From contig CALFUO010000084.1 in the NCBI GenBank assembly GCA_937929895.1, forward strand, positions 1 to 45,988: DNA of 45,988 bases, in the 5' to 3' direction. A model generated the notes under the pieces. That model was not told where the DNA came from. It did not search any database and saw only the letters and a list, made by a program, of their open reading frames with translations. Source of the DNA: an uncultured Aquimarina sp. GTDB taxonomy: Bacteria; Bacteroidota; Bacteroidia; Flavobacteriales; Flavobacteriaceae. Made by a program: the position numbers and the translations under genes. This document shows positions 27,205-36,610 of this stretch, in pieces; the first letter of the stretch is position 1; each line of letters starts with the position of its first letter.

Positions 27205-27315
27205 AGTATTTAGTATTAAGTATACAGTATTAAGACTAAATAGTTTAAAATATAAATACCTATTATCTAAACTAGATTTGAAAGTCTTTGTACTGTATAC
27301 TTAATACTTTTTACT
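27205..27315. repeat. 7-nt-periodic inverted repeat (element B)
   Basis: Arms 27205-27237 and 27283-27315 are complementary at 28/33 positions, including a perfect 18-bp core AGTATTAAGTATACAGTA. Confidence 0.85.
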
Positions 27316-27321
27316 AAAATA

Positions 27322-27891
27322 TTACTCTTTAATACGCTCTTTGTACGTACCTTTTGCTGTTTCGATCTTGATCTTGTCTCCTTCGTTAATAAACAAAGGA
27401 ACCATTACAGTTGCACCTGTTTCTACAGTAGCAGGCTTAGTTGCATTGGTAGCAGTATTACCTTTAACACCTGGCTCAGTAGCAGTAACTTCTAAAATTA
27501 CAGAAGCCGGCATCTCGACTGATAATGGAGAACCTCCATCTTCTGCATTTAAGATTACTGTTACCACGTCTCCTTCTTTTAATAAATCAGGACGATCGAT
27601 GGCAGACTCTTGTAAAGCAATTTGACTATAGTCTTCTTGATTCATTAAATGATAACCTTCTGCATCATTGTATAAGAATTGGAACTTATGTGTTTCTACA
27701 CGAACCTCATCAATTTTATGACCTGCAGAAAAAGTGTTATCTAAAACTTTCCCAGAAGTAACACTTCTTAACTTAGTTCTTACGAAAGCCGGACCTTTAC
27801 CCGGCTTAACGTGTAAAAACTCTATAATTTTATAAATATCGTGGTTATGACGGATACATAACCCATTTCTAATATCACTTGTATTTGCCAT
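27322..27891 (-). CDS. efp: Elongation factor P
   Basis: Motifs HVKPGKGPAFVRTK and PGVKGNTA..KPATVETGA. Confidence 0.97.
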   Translation of the reverse strand: MANTSDIRNGLCIRHNHDIYKIIEFLHVKPGKGPAFVRTKLRSVTSGKVLDNTFSAGHKIDEVRVETHKFQFLYNDAEGYHLMNQEDYSQIALQESAIDRPDLLKEGDVVTVILNAEDGGSPLSVEMPASVILEVTATEPGVKGNTATNATKPATVETGATVMVPLFINEGDKIKIETAKGTYKERIKE

Positions 27892-27972
27892 TGTTAGTTG
27901 TTTTTATTAGCCGCATCAAAAGGTTAAATAGCCCAAGATTGACCGAAATAAACATTAATTATCTATTATATA

Positions 27973-27994
27973 ATCTCGTGGTCTTACACGAGAT
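27973..27994 (-). terminator. Short hairpin after lpxA
   Basis: ATCTCGTG, 6-nt loop, CACGAGAT; weak U-tail. Confidence 0.35.
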
Positions 27995-27998
27995 CATT

Positions 27999-28781
27999 TT
28001 ATTTCTGAAAATACCCTTTCATAATACCTCTTTGAGAGTTTCTTATGAATTGTAAAATTTCATCTCTCTCCGAACTAGCTTCCATTTCTGCTTCGATAAT
28101 TTCAGCTGCTTGGGTGTTATTATAGTTCTTTTGATATAAGATTCTATAAATATTTTGAATCTCAGTAATCTTATCTCTATCAAATCCTCTTCGGCGTAAT
28201 CCTATCGAATTGATACCTACGTAAGCTAAAGGCTCTCGAGCTGCTTTTACAAACGGAGGAACATCTTTACGGACCAACGATCCACCTGTTACAAAAGCAT
28301 GGTTACCCACACTACAAAATTGATGTACAGCTACCATGCCAGCACATACAACAAAATCTCCGATGGTAACATGTCCTGCCAATGTTGTATTATTTGAAAA
28401 TATACAATTATTACCTACAATAGAATCGTGGGCAATGTGACAATACGCCATGATCCAACAGTTGTCACCAACTTGCGTTTTCATTCGATCTGTAGTACCA
28501 CGGTTAATAGTTACACACTCACGAATAGTAGTGTTATCACCAATGATTGTTACCGTCTCTTCGTCATCAAACTTTTTATCTTGTGGAACTGCAGAAATTA
28601 CTGCTCCAGGAAAAATATTTACGTTCTTACCGATTCGTGCACCTTCCATAATAGTTACGTGCGAACCGATCCAAGATCCTTCTCCGATAACTACATTATT
28701 ATGAATAGTTGCGAAAGGCTCTATTACCACATTCTTCGCAATCTTTGCTCCAGGGTGTACATAAGCAAGTGGCTGATTCAT
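27999..28781 (-). CDS. lpxA: Acyl-ACP--UDP-N-acetylglucosamine O-acyltransferase
   Basis: Hexapeptide repeats, PQD, HIAHD, LAGHV, VHQF and GINSIGLRRRGF. Confidence 0.96.
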   Translation of the reverse strand: MNQPLAYVHPGAKIAKNVVIEPFATIHNNVVIGEGSWIGSHVTIMEGARIGKNVNIFPGAVISAVPQDKKFDDEETVTIIGDNTTIRECVTINRGTTDRMKTQVGDNCWIMAYCHIAHDSIVGNNCIFSNNTTLAGHVTIGDFVVCAGMVAVHQFCSVGNHAFVTGGSLVRKDVPPFVKAAREPLAYVGINSIGLRRRGFDRDKITEIQNIYRILYQKNYNNTQAAEIIEAEMEASSERDEILQFIRNSQRGIMKGYFQK

Positions 28782-28805
28782 AGTAGTGTTGTTTCTTGGG
28801 TTATA

Positions 28806-30197
28806 TTATTTATTTTTTGTCTTAACAATCTGAGCCATTAGCTCTGCCTCAGATACTAGTCTATTATTTGCATAAGCTTTTCCTGCCATATGACAGATAC
28901 CTCTTCTAATAGGCGTAATTAATTTTAAATCGAAAATTAATGTATCACCAGGAAGTACTTGTTGCTTAAATTTAACATTGTCAATTTTCATGAAATATGT
29001 TAAATAATTCTCTGGGTCAGGAACCATGCTTAATGCTAAGATCCCCCCAGCTTGCGCCATAGCCTCTACCTGTAATACTCCTGGCATTACTGGTGCTCCT
29101 GGAAAGTGTCCATTAAAAAATGGTTCATTCATAGTAACATTCTTCATTCCCACTACGTGAGAATCGGACATTTCTATAATTCGATCTAACAACAAGAACG
29201 GAGCTCTATGTGGTAATGTTGCCATAATTTGATGAATATCCATCAATGGCTTTTGCGATAAGTCAAACTTTGGCACGTAGTTTCTTCGCTCTTTCTTAAT
29301 ACGTTTTTGCATTTCTTTTGCAAACTCCGTATTGACAAAGTGACCTGGTTTCGTTGCAATAACTCGACCTCTAATTTTTGTTCCTATTAAAGCTAAATCA
29401 CCTATTACATCTAATAATTTGTGACGCGCAGCTTCGTTAGGGTAATGTAATGTAAGATTATCCAAAATTCCATTTGGCTTCACCTTAATATCTTTTTTAT
29501 CGAAAGCTTTCTTCAATGCCTCCATAGTTTCTTCGCTGATCTCTTTATCAACGTAAACGATGGCATTATTTAAATCTCCTCCTTTAATTAGTCCATGCGC
29601 TAAAAGCATTTCTAATTCATGAAGAAAACTAAAAGTACGTGCTTCAGAAATTTCCGTTTTAAAATCTTCTATATTTTCTAAAGATGCATTTTGAGTACCT
29701 AATACTTTAGTCTCAAAATCTACCATAGCAGTTACCTGATATGTATCTGAAGGAATCACTAAAATCTCACTTCCTGTCTTTTCATCTTTAAAAGAAATTG
29801 GTTCTGTAACAATGTACTCATCAACTTCTTCGTCTTGCTCTTCGATACCAGCGTTTTCTAATGCTTCTACAAAAAACTTACTAGAACCATCCATAATTGG
29901 AGGCTCTGGCGCATTTAATTCTATTAAGACATTATCGATTCCTAAACCGACACAAGCAGCTAATACATGTTCAGAAGTTTGAATTACCACTTCTCCCTTT
30001 TCCATATTAGTACCACGTTGCGTGCTTGTAACATAAGCAGCACTAGCTTCTATTTCTGGCGCTCCATCTAAATCTATACGCTTGAATTTGTATCCGTGAT
30101 TTGATGGTGCTGGCTTGAAAGTTAGAGTTACGTCGTTACCAGTATGTAAACCTACACCTGTTAACGTAATTTCTTTTTGAATAGTTTTTTGTTTCAC
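28806..30197 (-). CDS. lpxC-fabZ: Bifunctional LpxC deacetylase / FabZ dehydratase
   Basis: GVGLHTG, EHVLAA and RHKLLDVIGD (LpxC); LPHRAPFLLLD and GHFPGAPVMPGVL (FabZ). Confidence 0.95.
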   Translation of the reverse strand: MKQKTIQKEITLTGVGLHTGNDVTLTFKPAPSNHGYKFKRIDLDGAPEIEASAAYVTSTQRGTNMEKGEVVIQTSEHVLAACVGLGIDNVLIELNAPEPPIMDGSSKFFVEALENAGIEEQDEEVDEYIVTEPISFKDEKTGSEILVIPSDTYQVTAMVDFETKVLGTQNASLENIEDFKTEISEARTFSFLHELEMLLAHGLIKGGDLNNAIVYVDKEISEETMEALKKAFDKKDIKVKPNGILDNLTLHYPNEAARHKLLDVIGDLALIGTKIRGRVIATKPGHFVNTEFAKEMQKRIKKERRNYVPKFDLSQKPLMDIHQIMATLPHRAPFLLLDRIIEMSDSHVVGMKNVTMNEPFFNGHFPGAPVMPGVLQVEAMAQAGGILALSMVPDPENYLTYFMKIDNVKFKQQVLPGDTLIFDLKLITPIRRGICHMAGKAYANNRLVSEAELMAQIVKTKNK

Positions 30198-30205
30198 AGT
30201 AGTAA

Positions 30206-31225
30206 CTATTTATTTGCTTTTTCTAGTGTGTTGATTCTATTTACGATTTTAGGGAGGTTCTTGAAATGAACATAGGACTTGTTGTAATCTGAATATCCTA
30301 AAGCAGGAGATCCCTGAAGTGCCTCTCCGTCCTTTACATTACGTCCAATACCTGATTGTGCTTGGATTCTTACACCGTCACCAATATTTATGTGCCCTAC
30401 AATACCTACTTGACCACCGATTAAACAGTGCTTACCAATTTTAGTAGATCCTGCTACACCTGTTTGTGCTGCAATTGCTGTATGTTCACCAATTTCCACA
30501 TTATGTGCGATTTGGATTTGATTATCCAATTTCACTCCTTTTCTTATAATTGTAGAACCTAATGTCGCTCTATCAATTGTTGTTGCAGCTCCTACATCTA
30601 CATCTTCCTCTAAAATTACATTTCCGATTTGAGGAACTTTTTGATATTCTCCTTTTTCGTTTGGTGTAAACCCGAAACCATCTGCTCCAACAATAGCCCC
30701 ACTATGAATTACACAGCGATCTCCAATTACACAATCACTATATATTTTTGCTCCAGCAAAAACGATAACATCGTTCCCTAAAACTACATTTTCTCCGATG
30801 TAAACGTTGGGAAAAATCTTTACATTGTCCCCTATCTTAACACCTTCAGCAATATAAGCGAATGCTCCAACATACACCTTTTCTCCGTGAGAAGCACTCT
30901 CTGCAATAAAGCTAGGTTGTTCTATACCTTCTTTATTCAGCTTAATCATATTGTAATACTCTAACAATTGTGAAAAAGCTTTGTACGCATCTTCTACACG
31001 AATCAGTGTCGCTTGGATTTCTTTATCAGCTTCAAAATCGTTATTCACGATTACTACAGAAGCTTTGGTGTCGTAAATATATTGAGTATACTTAGGATTA
31101 GCCAAAAAGGTCAATGCCCCTTCTGTACCCTCTTCTATTTTCGCAAGTTTATAAACTTCGATAAGTTCATTACCTTCTACAGTACCTTCGAGTATACCTG
31201 CTATTTGATTGGCTGTAAATTTCAT
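30206..31225 (-). CDS. lpxD: UDP-3-O-(3-hydroxyacyl)glucosamine N-acyltransferase
   Basis: Motifs FLANPKY, GADGFGF and [12 protein letters not shown]. Start moved to MKFTANQ, with a TATTTTTG element at 31231-31238. Confidence 0.94.
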   Translation of the reverse strand: MKFTANQIAGILEGTVEGNELIEVYKLAKIEEGTEGALTFLANPKYTQYIYDTKASVVIVNNDFEADKEIQATLIRVEDAYKAFSQLLEYYNMIKLNKEGIEQPSFIAESASHGEKVYVGAFAYIAEGVKIGDNVKIFPNVYIGENVVLGNDVIVFAGAKIYSDCVIGDRCVIHSGAIVGADGFGFTPNEKGEYQKVPQIGNVILEEDVDVGAATTIDRATLGSTIIRKGVKLDNQIQIAHNVEIGEHTAIAAQTGVAGSTKIGKHCLIGGQVGIVGHINIGDGVRIQAQSGIGRNVKDGEALQGSPALGYSDYNKSYVHFKNLPKIVNRINTLEKANK

Positions 31226-31393
31226 TGTGGCAAAAATATAAAAATGATTGTAGTTTCCCACAGAAGAGGTTTATTATTAAATCCTCCTTTTCAACAGGTT
31301 TTACAATAAGTAGTTTATAATTTTTCTGTTGACTATCTATCTTTCAAACTATATTTGGTATTGTGACTATTTTGAATTTAAATACAATAAGTA

Positions 31394-32791
31394 ATGTTAC
31401 AACAGCATTTTACTCGACTTCTTCAATTCACAAAAGACAATTTACTGCTATTGTCTTGTATAATAATGCTTGTCCCGTTTCTATTACTTTGCAAGTTTAT
31501 TCACCCATATGCTGATGACTACACTTTTGCAGCGATAGCTAACGAGCTAGGATTTTGGAATGCACAAAAGGAATTATTTCATAGAGTCAATGGTAGGTTT
31601 GTCACCAATATGGTACAAAGTTTTGATATTTTACATGGTCAATATGCTTTCCTGTACAACATCTTCCCTATTATTTCTATATTCTTACAAATTTCCTCAA
31701 TATACCTGCTGGTTAAAGAAGTTTTAGAGATTAAGAAGTTTAATATTAATATTCGTTTTGCTTTAACTTTATTCTGCATTTATATCGTTCAAATGTCATT
31801 AGTAAGTGAAGGCTTATATTGGTGGTCCACAACGGCTAACTACCAATTAGCAAACATTTTTGGTACTTTATTACTTATCAGTATCATTAGAATTATTAGA
31901 AAGAAACGACTAATAATAAACACATGCTTTGCATCCATTCTTTCTATACTACTCGTTGGCACAAGTGAAACCACTTTTTTACTGTTGGCTGTTACCATAG
32001 GCCTAATAACTCTTGTAAATAGTATTAGCCTAAAAAAGATACACATCAACCTATTAGTGGTAACATTATCATTTTTTGTAGCAATCGTAATACCTTTTGT
32101 ATCTGCCTCTAGTAATAGAATTAACAATCCTTCTAGTGTATTGACTTTTTTAAAGTCTATTATAATGTCTTTATTTCAGTACGGTATGAGTTTTATTGGT
32201 TGGAGTGGCTTAATCATTCTGTTTATTGTTTTACTATTTCAAGAAATCAAACACCTTACTAATTTTCAAAAAAATATAATTTTTAAGGCAAACCCATATC
32301 TGGTTTTCTACATATTATCTTTAGCTATAATTACAGCTTTTTTTAGTGGTTTTATAACTAGTGGAGTCCCGCTTCCTCCAAGAGCAAGACACACTGTTAA
32401 TTTTTTCTTCATTCTTGGCTTTTCATATTTTCTCCTTACGCTATTCAACAATACCACTATTGCTAGTAACCTAACTTTAAATAAAAATTTACGTCTAATT
32501 TTACTTGTTATTGGCTGTTCTTTATTGTTAGGCAGTAACAACAATATAAATGCCATAAAAGACCTTGGAAAAAAGAGAGCTTTATTATATGATACTGCCA
32601 TGCAAGAACGCACCAAAATTGTTTCTAAAGCACCTTTTAATAGTCGTGTTGTTTTAAAGCCTCTTAGTTTTAAAAATTTCCCTGTCACTATTTGCCCACG
32701 AGATCTTGACCGTTCTGATATTCATTACGTCTATAATTATTGGTACAGTATTTACTGGAAACTTGATGGGGTTACATTAGAATGCGATTAA
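31394..32791 (+). CDS. Polytopic membrane protein, GT-C-like (DUF6056-type)
   Basis: First TM followed by an HPYADDY acidic motif and NGRF; about 11-12 TMs; C-terminal soluble tail. Confidence 0.6.
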   Translation: MLQQHFTRLLQFTKDNLLLLSCIIMLVPFLLLCKFIHPYADDYTFAAIANELGFWNAQKELFHRVNGRFVTNMVQSFDILHGQYAFLYNIFPIISIFLQISSIYLLVKEVLEIKKFNINIRFALTLFCIYIVQMSLVSEGLYWWSTTANYQLANIFGTLLLISIIRIIRKKRLIINTCFASILSILLVGTSETTFLLLAVTIGLITLVNSISLKKIHINLLVVTLSFFVAIVIPFVSASSNRINNPSSVLTFLKSIIMSLFQYGMSFIGWSGLIILFIVLLFQEIKHLTNFQKNIIFKANPYLVFYILSLAIITAFFSGFITSGVPLPPRARHTVNFFFILGFSYFLLTLFNNTTIASNLTLNKNLRLILLVIGCSLLLGSNNNINAIKDLGKKRALLYDTAMQERTKIVSKAPFNSRVVLKPLSFKNFPVTICPRDLDRSDIHYVYNYWYSIYWKLDGVTLECD

Positions 32792-32877
32792 TCTTACAAC
32801 GTTTATTAGTTGTATTTTTATATATTAAAACTTTTTTCGTTTAAAGAGTTTATGGAATCCCTAGATAGAAGTCTAAT

Positions 32878-33612
32878 ATGCAAAACACAACCATTATAGT
32901 TCCTTGTTTTAACGAAGAAATACGACTTGATCAGAAGGCATTCTTAAACTTCTCAAAAACAGACTCTAGCTTTCACTTCTGTTTTGTTGACGATGGTAGT
33001 ACAGACAATACCTCTTCTATCCTAAAAAAGCTTAAGGCTAAAAACCCTGATAATTTCTCCGTTTTGGAAATAAACGTAAACCAAGGAAAAGCAGAAGCTG
33101 TTAGACAAGGAATGGTTTATGCCCTGAAAAATATAACTTCAAATTGGTATGGTTATTTAGATGCTGATTTATCCACTGATTTAGCGGAAGTTAAACGCTT
33201 AACTTCTTTCTTTTCTAATGAAAAAAAATTCATTTTTGGTTCAAGGTTTCAACGACTTGGCTCTAATATAAACAGAAAGACTCATAGACATTATTTAGGA
33301 CGTTTCTTTGCTACTTTAGTCAGCAAATTATTGCAACTACGCGTTTACGATACTCAATGTGGTGCTAAATTTTTTCAAAAGCAATTGGCTTTGCAACTTT
33401 TCGATCATAGTTTTAAAACAAAGTGGATTTTTGATGTCGAAATCTTTTTTAGGATACAACAAGTATCTAATTACAATATTGAAAATATCGCTGAAGAAAT
33501 CCCTTTAAATCGATGGAAAGACATTGCTGGATCAAAAATTAGGTTGATCGATTTTCTAAAGATCCCTATTGAACTTATCAAAATTTTTAGAAACTATAAA
33601 CTCAGGTTCTAA
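32878..33612 (+). CDS. GT2 glycosyltransferase, polyprenyl-phosphate glycosyltransferase-like
   Basis: Motifs IIVPCFNE, VDDGSTD, NQGKAEAVRQG, YLDADLST and YDTQCGAK. Confidence 0.88.
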   Translation: MQNTTIIVPCFNEEIRLDQKAFLNFSKTDSSFHFCFVDDGSTDNTSSILKKLKAKNPDNFSVLEINVNQGKAEAVRQGMVYALKNITSNWYGYLDADLSTDLAEVKRLTSFFSNEKKFIFGSRFQRLGSNINRKTHRHYLGRFFATLVSKLLQLRVYDTQCGAKFFQKQLALQLFDHSFKTKWIFDVEIFFRIQQVSNYNIENIAEEIPLNRWKDIAGSKIRLIDFLKIPIELIKIFRNYKLRF

Positions 33613-33615
33613 AAC

Positions 33616-34842
33616 TTATTTCATTTTAGGATAACAAATAAAATATTTTGTCACTTTATTTGATAATGCATGAATATTTGCCTGATCACTAGCATTGGCA
33701 ATATCTTTGACCTCACCACTCTTAAATAAAATCTGCACATTTTGTTTTTGAATATTGTAGGCCTGATTATATACTGAATCGGCAAAAACAAAATACTCAG
33801 CTTCTTCTTCTGAAATATTAAACTTAACAGACGTTTCTTTGATATGCTTTACTTGATTATTTAAAGAAAAGGGGCTATTAGACATTTCTATTTTTAATAA
33901 ATCTCTATTTATAATCATTTTCGAGAGTTCACTTAGTACTGTATCATCAACACTTATCCATTCTTTTACGGAAGAAATAATATCGTAATCATCTAAATAC
34001 GAAAAACGTTTTAAGACTTCGTACGAAAATGAAAAAGCATCAATTTTATGTTCCATAAAAAACTTTAATGGACTAGTGCCAGGGAGTTCAAAGCCTTGAC
34101 TAATTAAAAACTTAGCTCGTTTTAAAACACGTATCAATAAGTTTTCAGCAACTAAACTTGTTTTATGCAAATACATTTGTTAATACATTAAATGACGTGA
34201 TAACAAAAACTTTTCTACTGAGTAAATTCCCTTTTCTTCTACTACTAACTGATCGTCTAACACGTTCAACATAGTGATTAGCCTTTCGCTATTTACATTT
34301 CCTTCGGCTACCCCTGTATAAAAACTATCTCTTTTCAAATAATCGAGACGATCCATATCTAGTTGACTCGATATTAATTGATGTAAGAAAGCTCTCGAAT
34401 ATTCTCCTTTAAAAATCCGAATCGCTAAAGACAACTTGCCCTTAAACTCTTCATTAATCGCTTCCATAAATTGAAGCGAAATATATTCGTGACTTACTCC
34501 TTCTACAATACTCTGTTCCATAGCATGTGAAAAAGGACCATGGCCTATATCGTGTAATAAAATCGCTACTAACACTGCCTCTTCCTCTGCTTCGGAAATT
34601 AGAACACCTTTAAATCTTAACACACGAATCGCTTGCTGCATTAGATGCATACAGCCTATAGCATGATGAAAACGTGTATGATGTGCCCCTGGATATACCA
34701 TGTAAGACATCCCCATTTGCGTAATCCTACGTAAACGCTGAAAATATTTATGTTCGATTAGGTCAAAAATAAGTGCGTTAGGTATAGTGATAAATCCGTA
34801 AATTGGATCATTAAGATTTTTTAGTTTGTTTCTAGTTTCCAT
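33616..34842 (-). pseudogene. HD-domain phosphohydrolase (SAMHD1/dNTPase-like) interrupted by an in-frame TAA
   Basis: Motifs HTRFHH, LLHDIGH and DMDRLDYLKRD. The two ORFs are in the same frame and join as ...LMY*QMYLHKT... (stop at 34180-34182). Confidence 0.85.
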
Positions 34843-34888
34843 GTTGTTGTGATTTCTTAAAAGTTGGTAACACTTTAGAACTCTCTTA

Positions 34889-34896
34889 CAAATATA
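34889..34896 (-). promoter_or_regulatory. -7 promoter element (TATATTTG) for the HD gene
   Basis: CAAATATA on the + strand, 47 nt upstream of the start. Confidence 0.5.
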
Positions 34897-34978
34897 AACT
34901 TGAAGTCTTTGCTAAATGGGTAACATTCGAATACTTTTAGCGTTACTTATTTACATCTATTTAACAAAAAAACACCGC

Positions 34979-36529
34979 ATGAGCGATATCAAAATACTTT
35001 GGGTTGATGATGAAATTGATTTATTGAAACCTCACATTCTATTCCTAGAAAAAAAGAACTACAACGTTACTCCTTGTCTTAGTGGAACCGAGGCTTTAGA
35101 GCTAATAGACGAAAATAATTATGATATCGTTTTCCTTGATGAAAATATGCCTGGTCTGACAGGTCTTGATACCCTAAATGAGCTAAAAGAGAAGCAAGTT
35201 GACCTTCCTGTAGTAATGATTACTAAAAGTGAAGAAGAATACATAATGGAAGAAGCGATTGGAAATAAAATTGCTGATTACCTAATTAAACCCGTAAACC
35301 CTCATCAAATTCTTCTTTCTCTCAAAAAAAACTTAGATCATTCTCGGTTAATCAGCGAAAAAACAACGGCAAATTATCAACAAGAATTTCGAAAAATAGC
35401 CATGGATATGGCTGTGGTAAATTCTTACGAAGAATGGGCAGAAATGTATCAACGTCTAATACGTTGGGAGCTAGAGTTAGAAGACATCGAGGATTCGAGT
35501 ATGTTCGAAATTTTGGAAACCCAAAAAGGGGAAGCTAATAATCAATTTTGTAAATTCATCGATAAAAACTACGAAGATTGGTTTTCTGACCCAGATGAAG
35601 CTCCTTTATTATCACACGAATTATTCAAAAAACGTGTACTTCCAGAATTAAGTAAAGAGCAACCTACACTATTCGTAGTGATCGACAACTTACGTTACGA
35701 TCAATGGAAGTCTATTGAACCTTACATTTCTAAATTTTATAAAAAAGAGACAGAAATACCTTATTGTAGCATTCTCCCGACTGCAACACAATATGCTCGG
35801 AATGCCATTTTTTCTGGACTGATGCCTTTAGACATGGAAAAACAACATCCTAATTTATGGTTAAATGACACGGATGAAGGAGGGAAAAACATGAATGAAA
35901 ACGAATTTTTAGAAAGCCAATTAAAACGATTACGAAGTGATTTTTCTCATGAATATTACAAAATCACCAATGAAAGAAACGGGCGAACATTAGCAGATAA
36001 TTTTAAAGGTTGTGTCAACAATGACCTTACGGTAGTTGTGTATAATTTCGTTGATATGCTTTCGCACGCGAAAACAGAAATGGAAGTTATTAAGGAGTTA
36101 GCAGGTAATGACAAAGCTTACCGTTCTTTAACTGAAAGTTGGTTTAAAAACTCTCCTTTGTTCGAAATCATTCAACGAGCAAATGACCTAAACTTCAAAT
36201 TAATCTTAACTACTGATCATGGGACTATTAATGTGAAAAGGCCTTCTAGAGTAATTGGAGATAAAAATACAAGTCTGAACCTTCGTTATAAGACAGGAAA
36301 AAGTTTAACCTACGAAAACAAAGAAGTTGTTGCTTTTAAAGACCCTAAATCAGTAAAACTTCCTGCTATTAATATGAGTAGTTCATTTATTTTTGCCAAA
36401 GATGATTACTTTTTTGCTTACCCTAATAACTATAATCATTATGTTAGTTACTACAAAGAAACCTACCAACATGGTGGCGTTTCGTTAGAGGAAATGATTA
36501 TTCCTTTTGTAATTTTGCAACCGAAGTAA
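34979..36529 (+). CDS. porX: T9SS response regulator PorX (receiver + PglZ/alkaline-phosphatase-like domain)
   Basis: Receiver motifs ILWVDDE and FLDENMPG; PglZ motifs VIDNLRYDQW, LPTATQYARNA, TTDHG and YQHGG. Start moved to MSDIKIL. Confidence 0.9.
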   Translation: MSDIKILWVDDEIDLLKPHILFLEKKNYNVTPCLSGTEALELIDENNYDIVFLDENMPGLTGLDTLNELKEKQVDLPVVMITKSEEEYIMEEAIGNKIADYLIKPVNPHQILLSLKKNLDHSRLISEKTTANYQQEFRKIAMDMAVVNSYEEWAEMYQRLIRWELELEDIEDSSMFEILETQKGEANNQFCKFIDKNYEDWFSDPDEAPLLSHELFKKRVLPELSKEQPTLFVVIDNLRYDQWKSIEPYISKFYKKETEIPYCSILPTATQYARNAIFSGLMPLDMEKQHPNLWLNDTDEGGKNMNENEFLESQLKRLRSDFSHEYYKITNERNGRTLADNFKGCVNNDLTVVVYNFVDMLSHAKTEMEVIKELAGNDKAYRSLTESWFKNSPLFEIIQRANDLNFKLILTTDHGTINVKRPSRVIGDKNTSLNLRYKTGKSLTYENKEVVAFKDPKSVKLPAINMSSSFIFAKDDYFFAYPNNYNHYVSYYKETYQHGGVSLEEMIIPFVILQPK

Positions 36530-36604
36530 GTTTATGATTCTTGATTCATAGTTTCTAGTGCACAGACACTAAATTATAAACCAAGAACTACGAACCTAGA
36601 ACTA
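36530..36604. repeat. 7-nt-periodic imperfect inverted repeat (element C)
   Basis: GTTTATG ATTCTTG ATTCATA GTTTCTA GTG, then CAC TAAATTA TAAACCA AGAACTA CGAACCT AGAACTA. Confidence 0.6.
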
Positions 36605-36610
36605 TTAATA

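Noticed and set aside
26261-31225. Two lpxD-family genes and the lpxC-fabZ fusion as novelty
   Set aside because: This is the usual arrangement in flavobacteria.
34180-34182. Selenocysteine, pyrrolysine or alternative genetic code readthrough in the HD gene
   Set aside because: The codon is TAA, which ends many genes in this window, and TGG encodes Trp normally elsewhere.
34979-36529. PglZ domain as evidence of a BREX defence system
   Set aside because: The domain is fused to a receiver domain as in PorX, and no brx/pgl genes are nearby.
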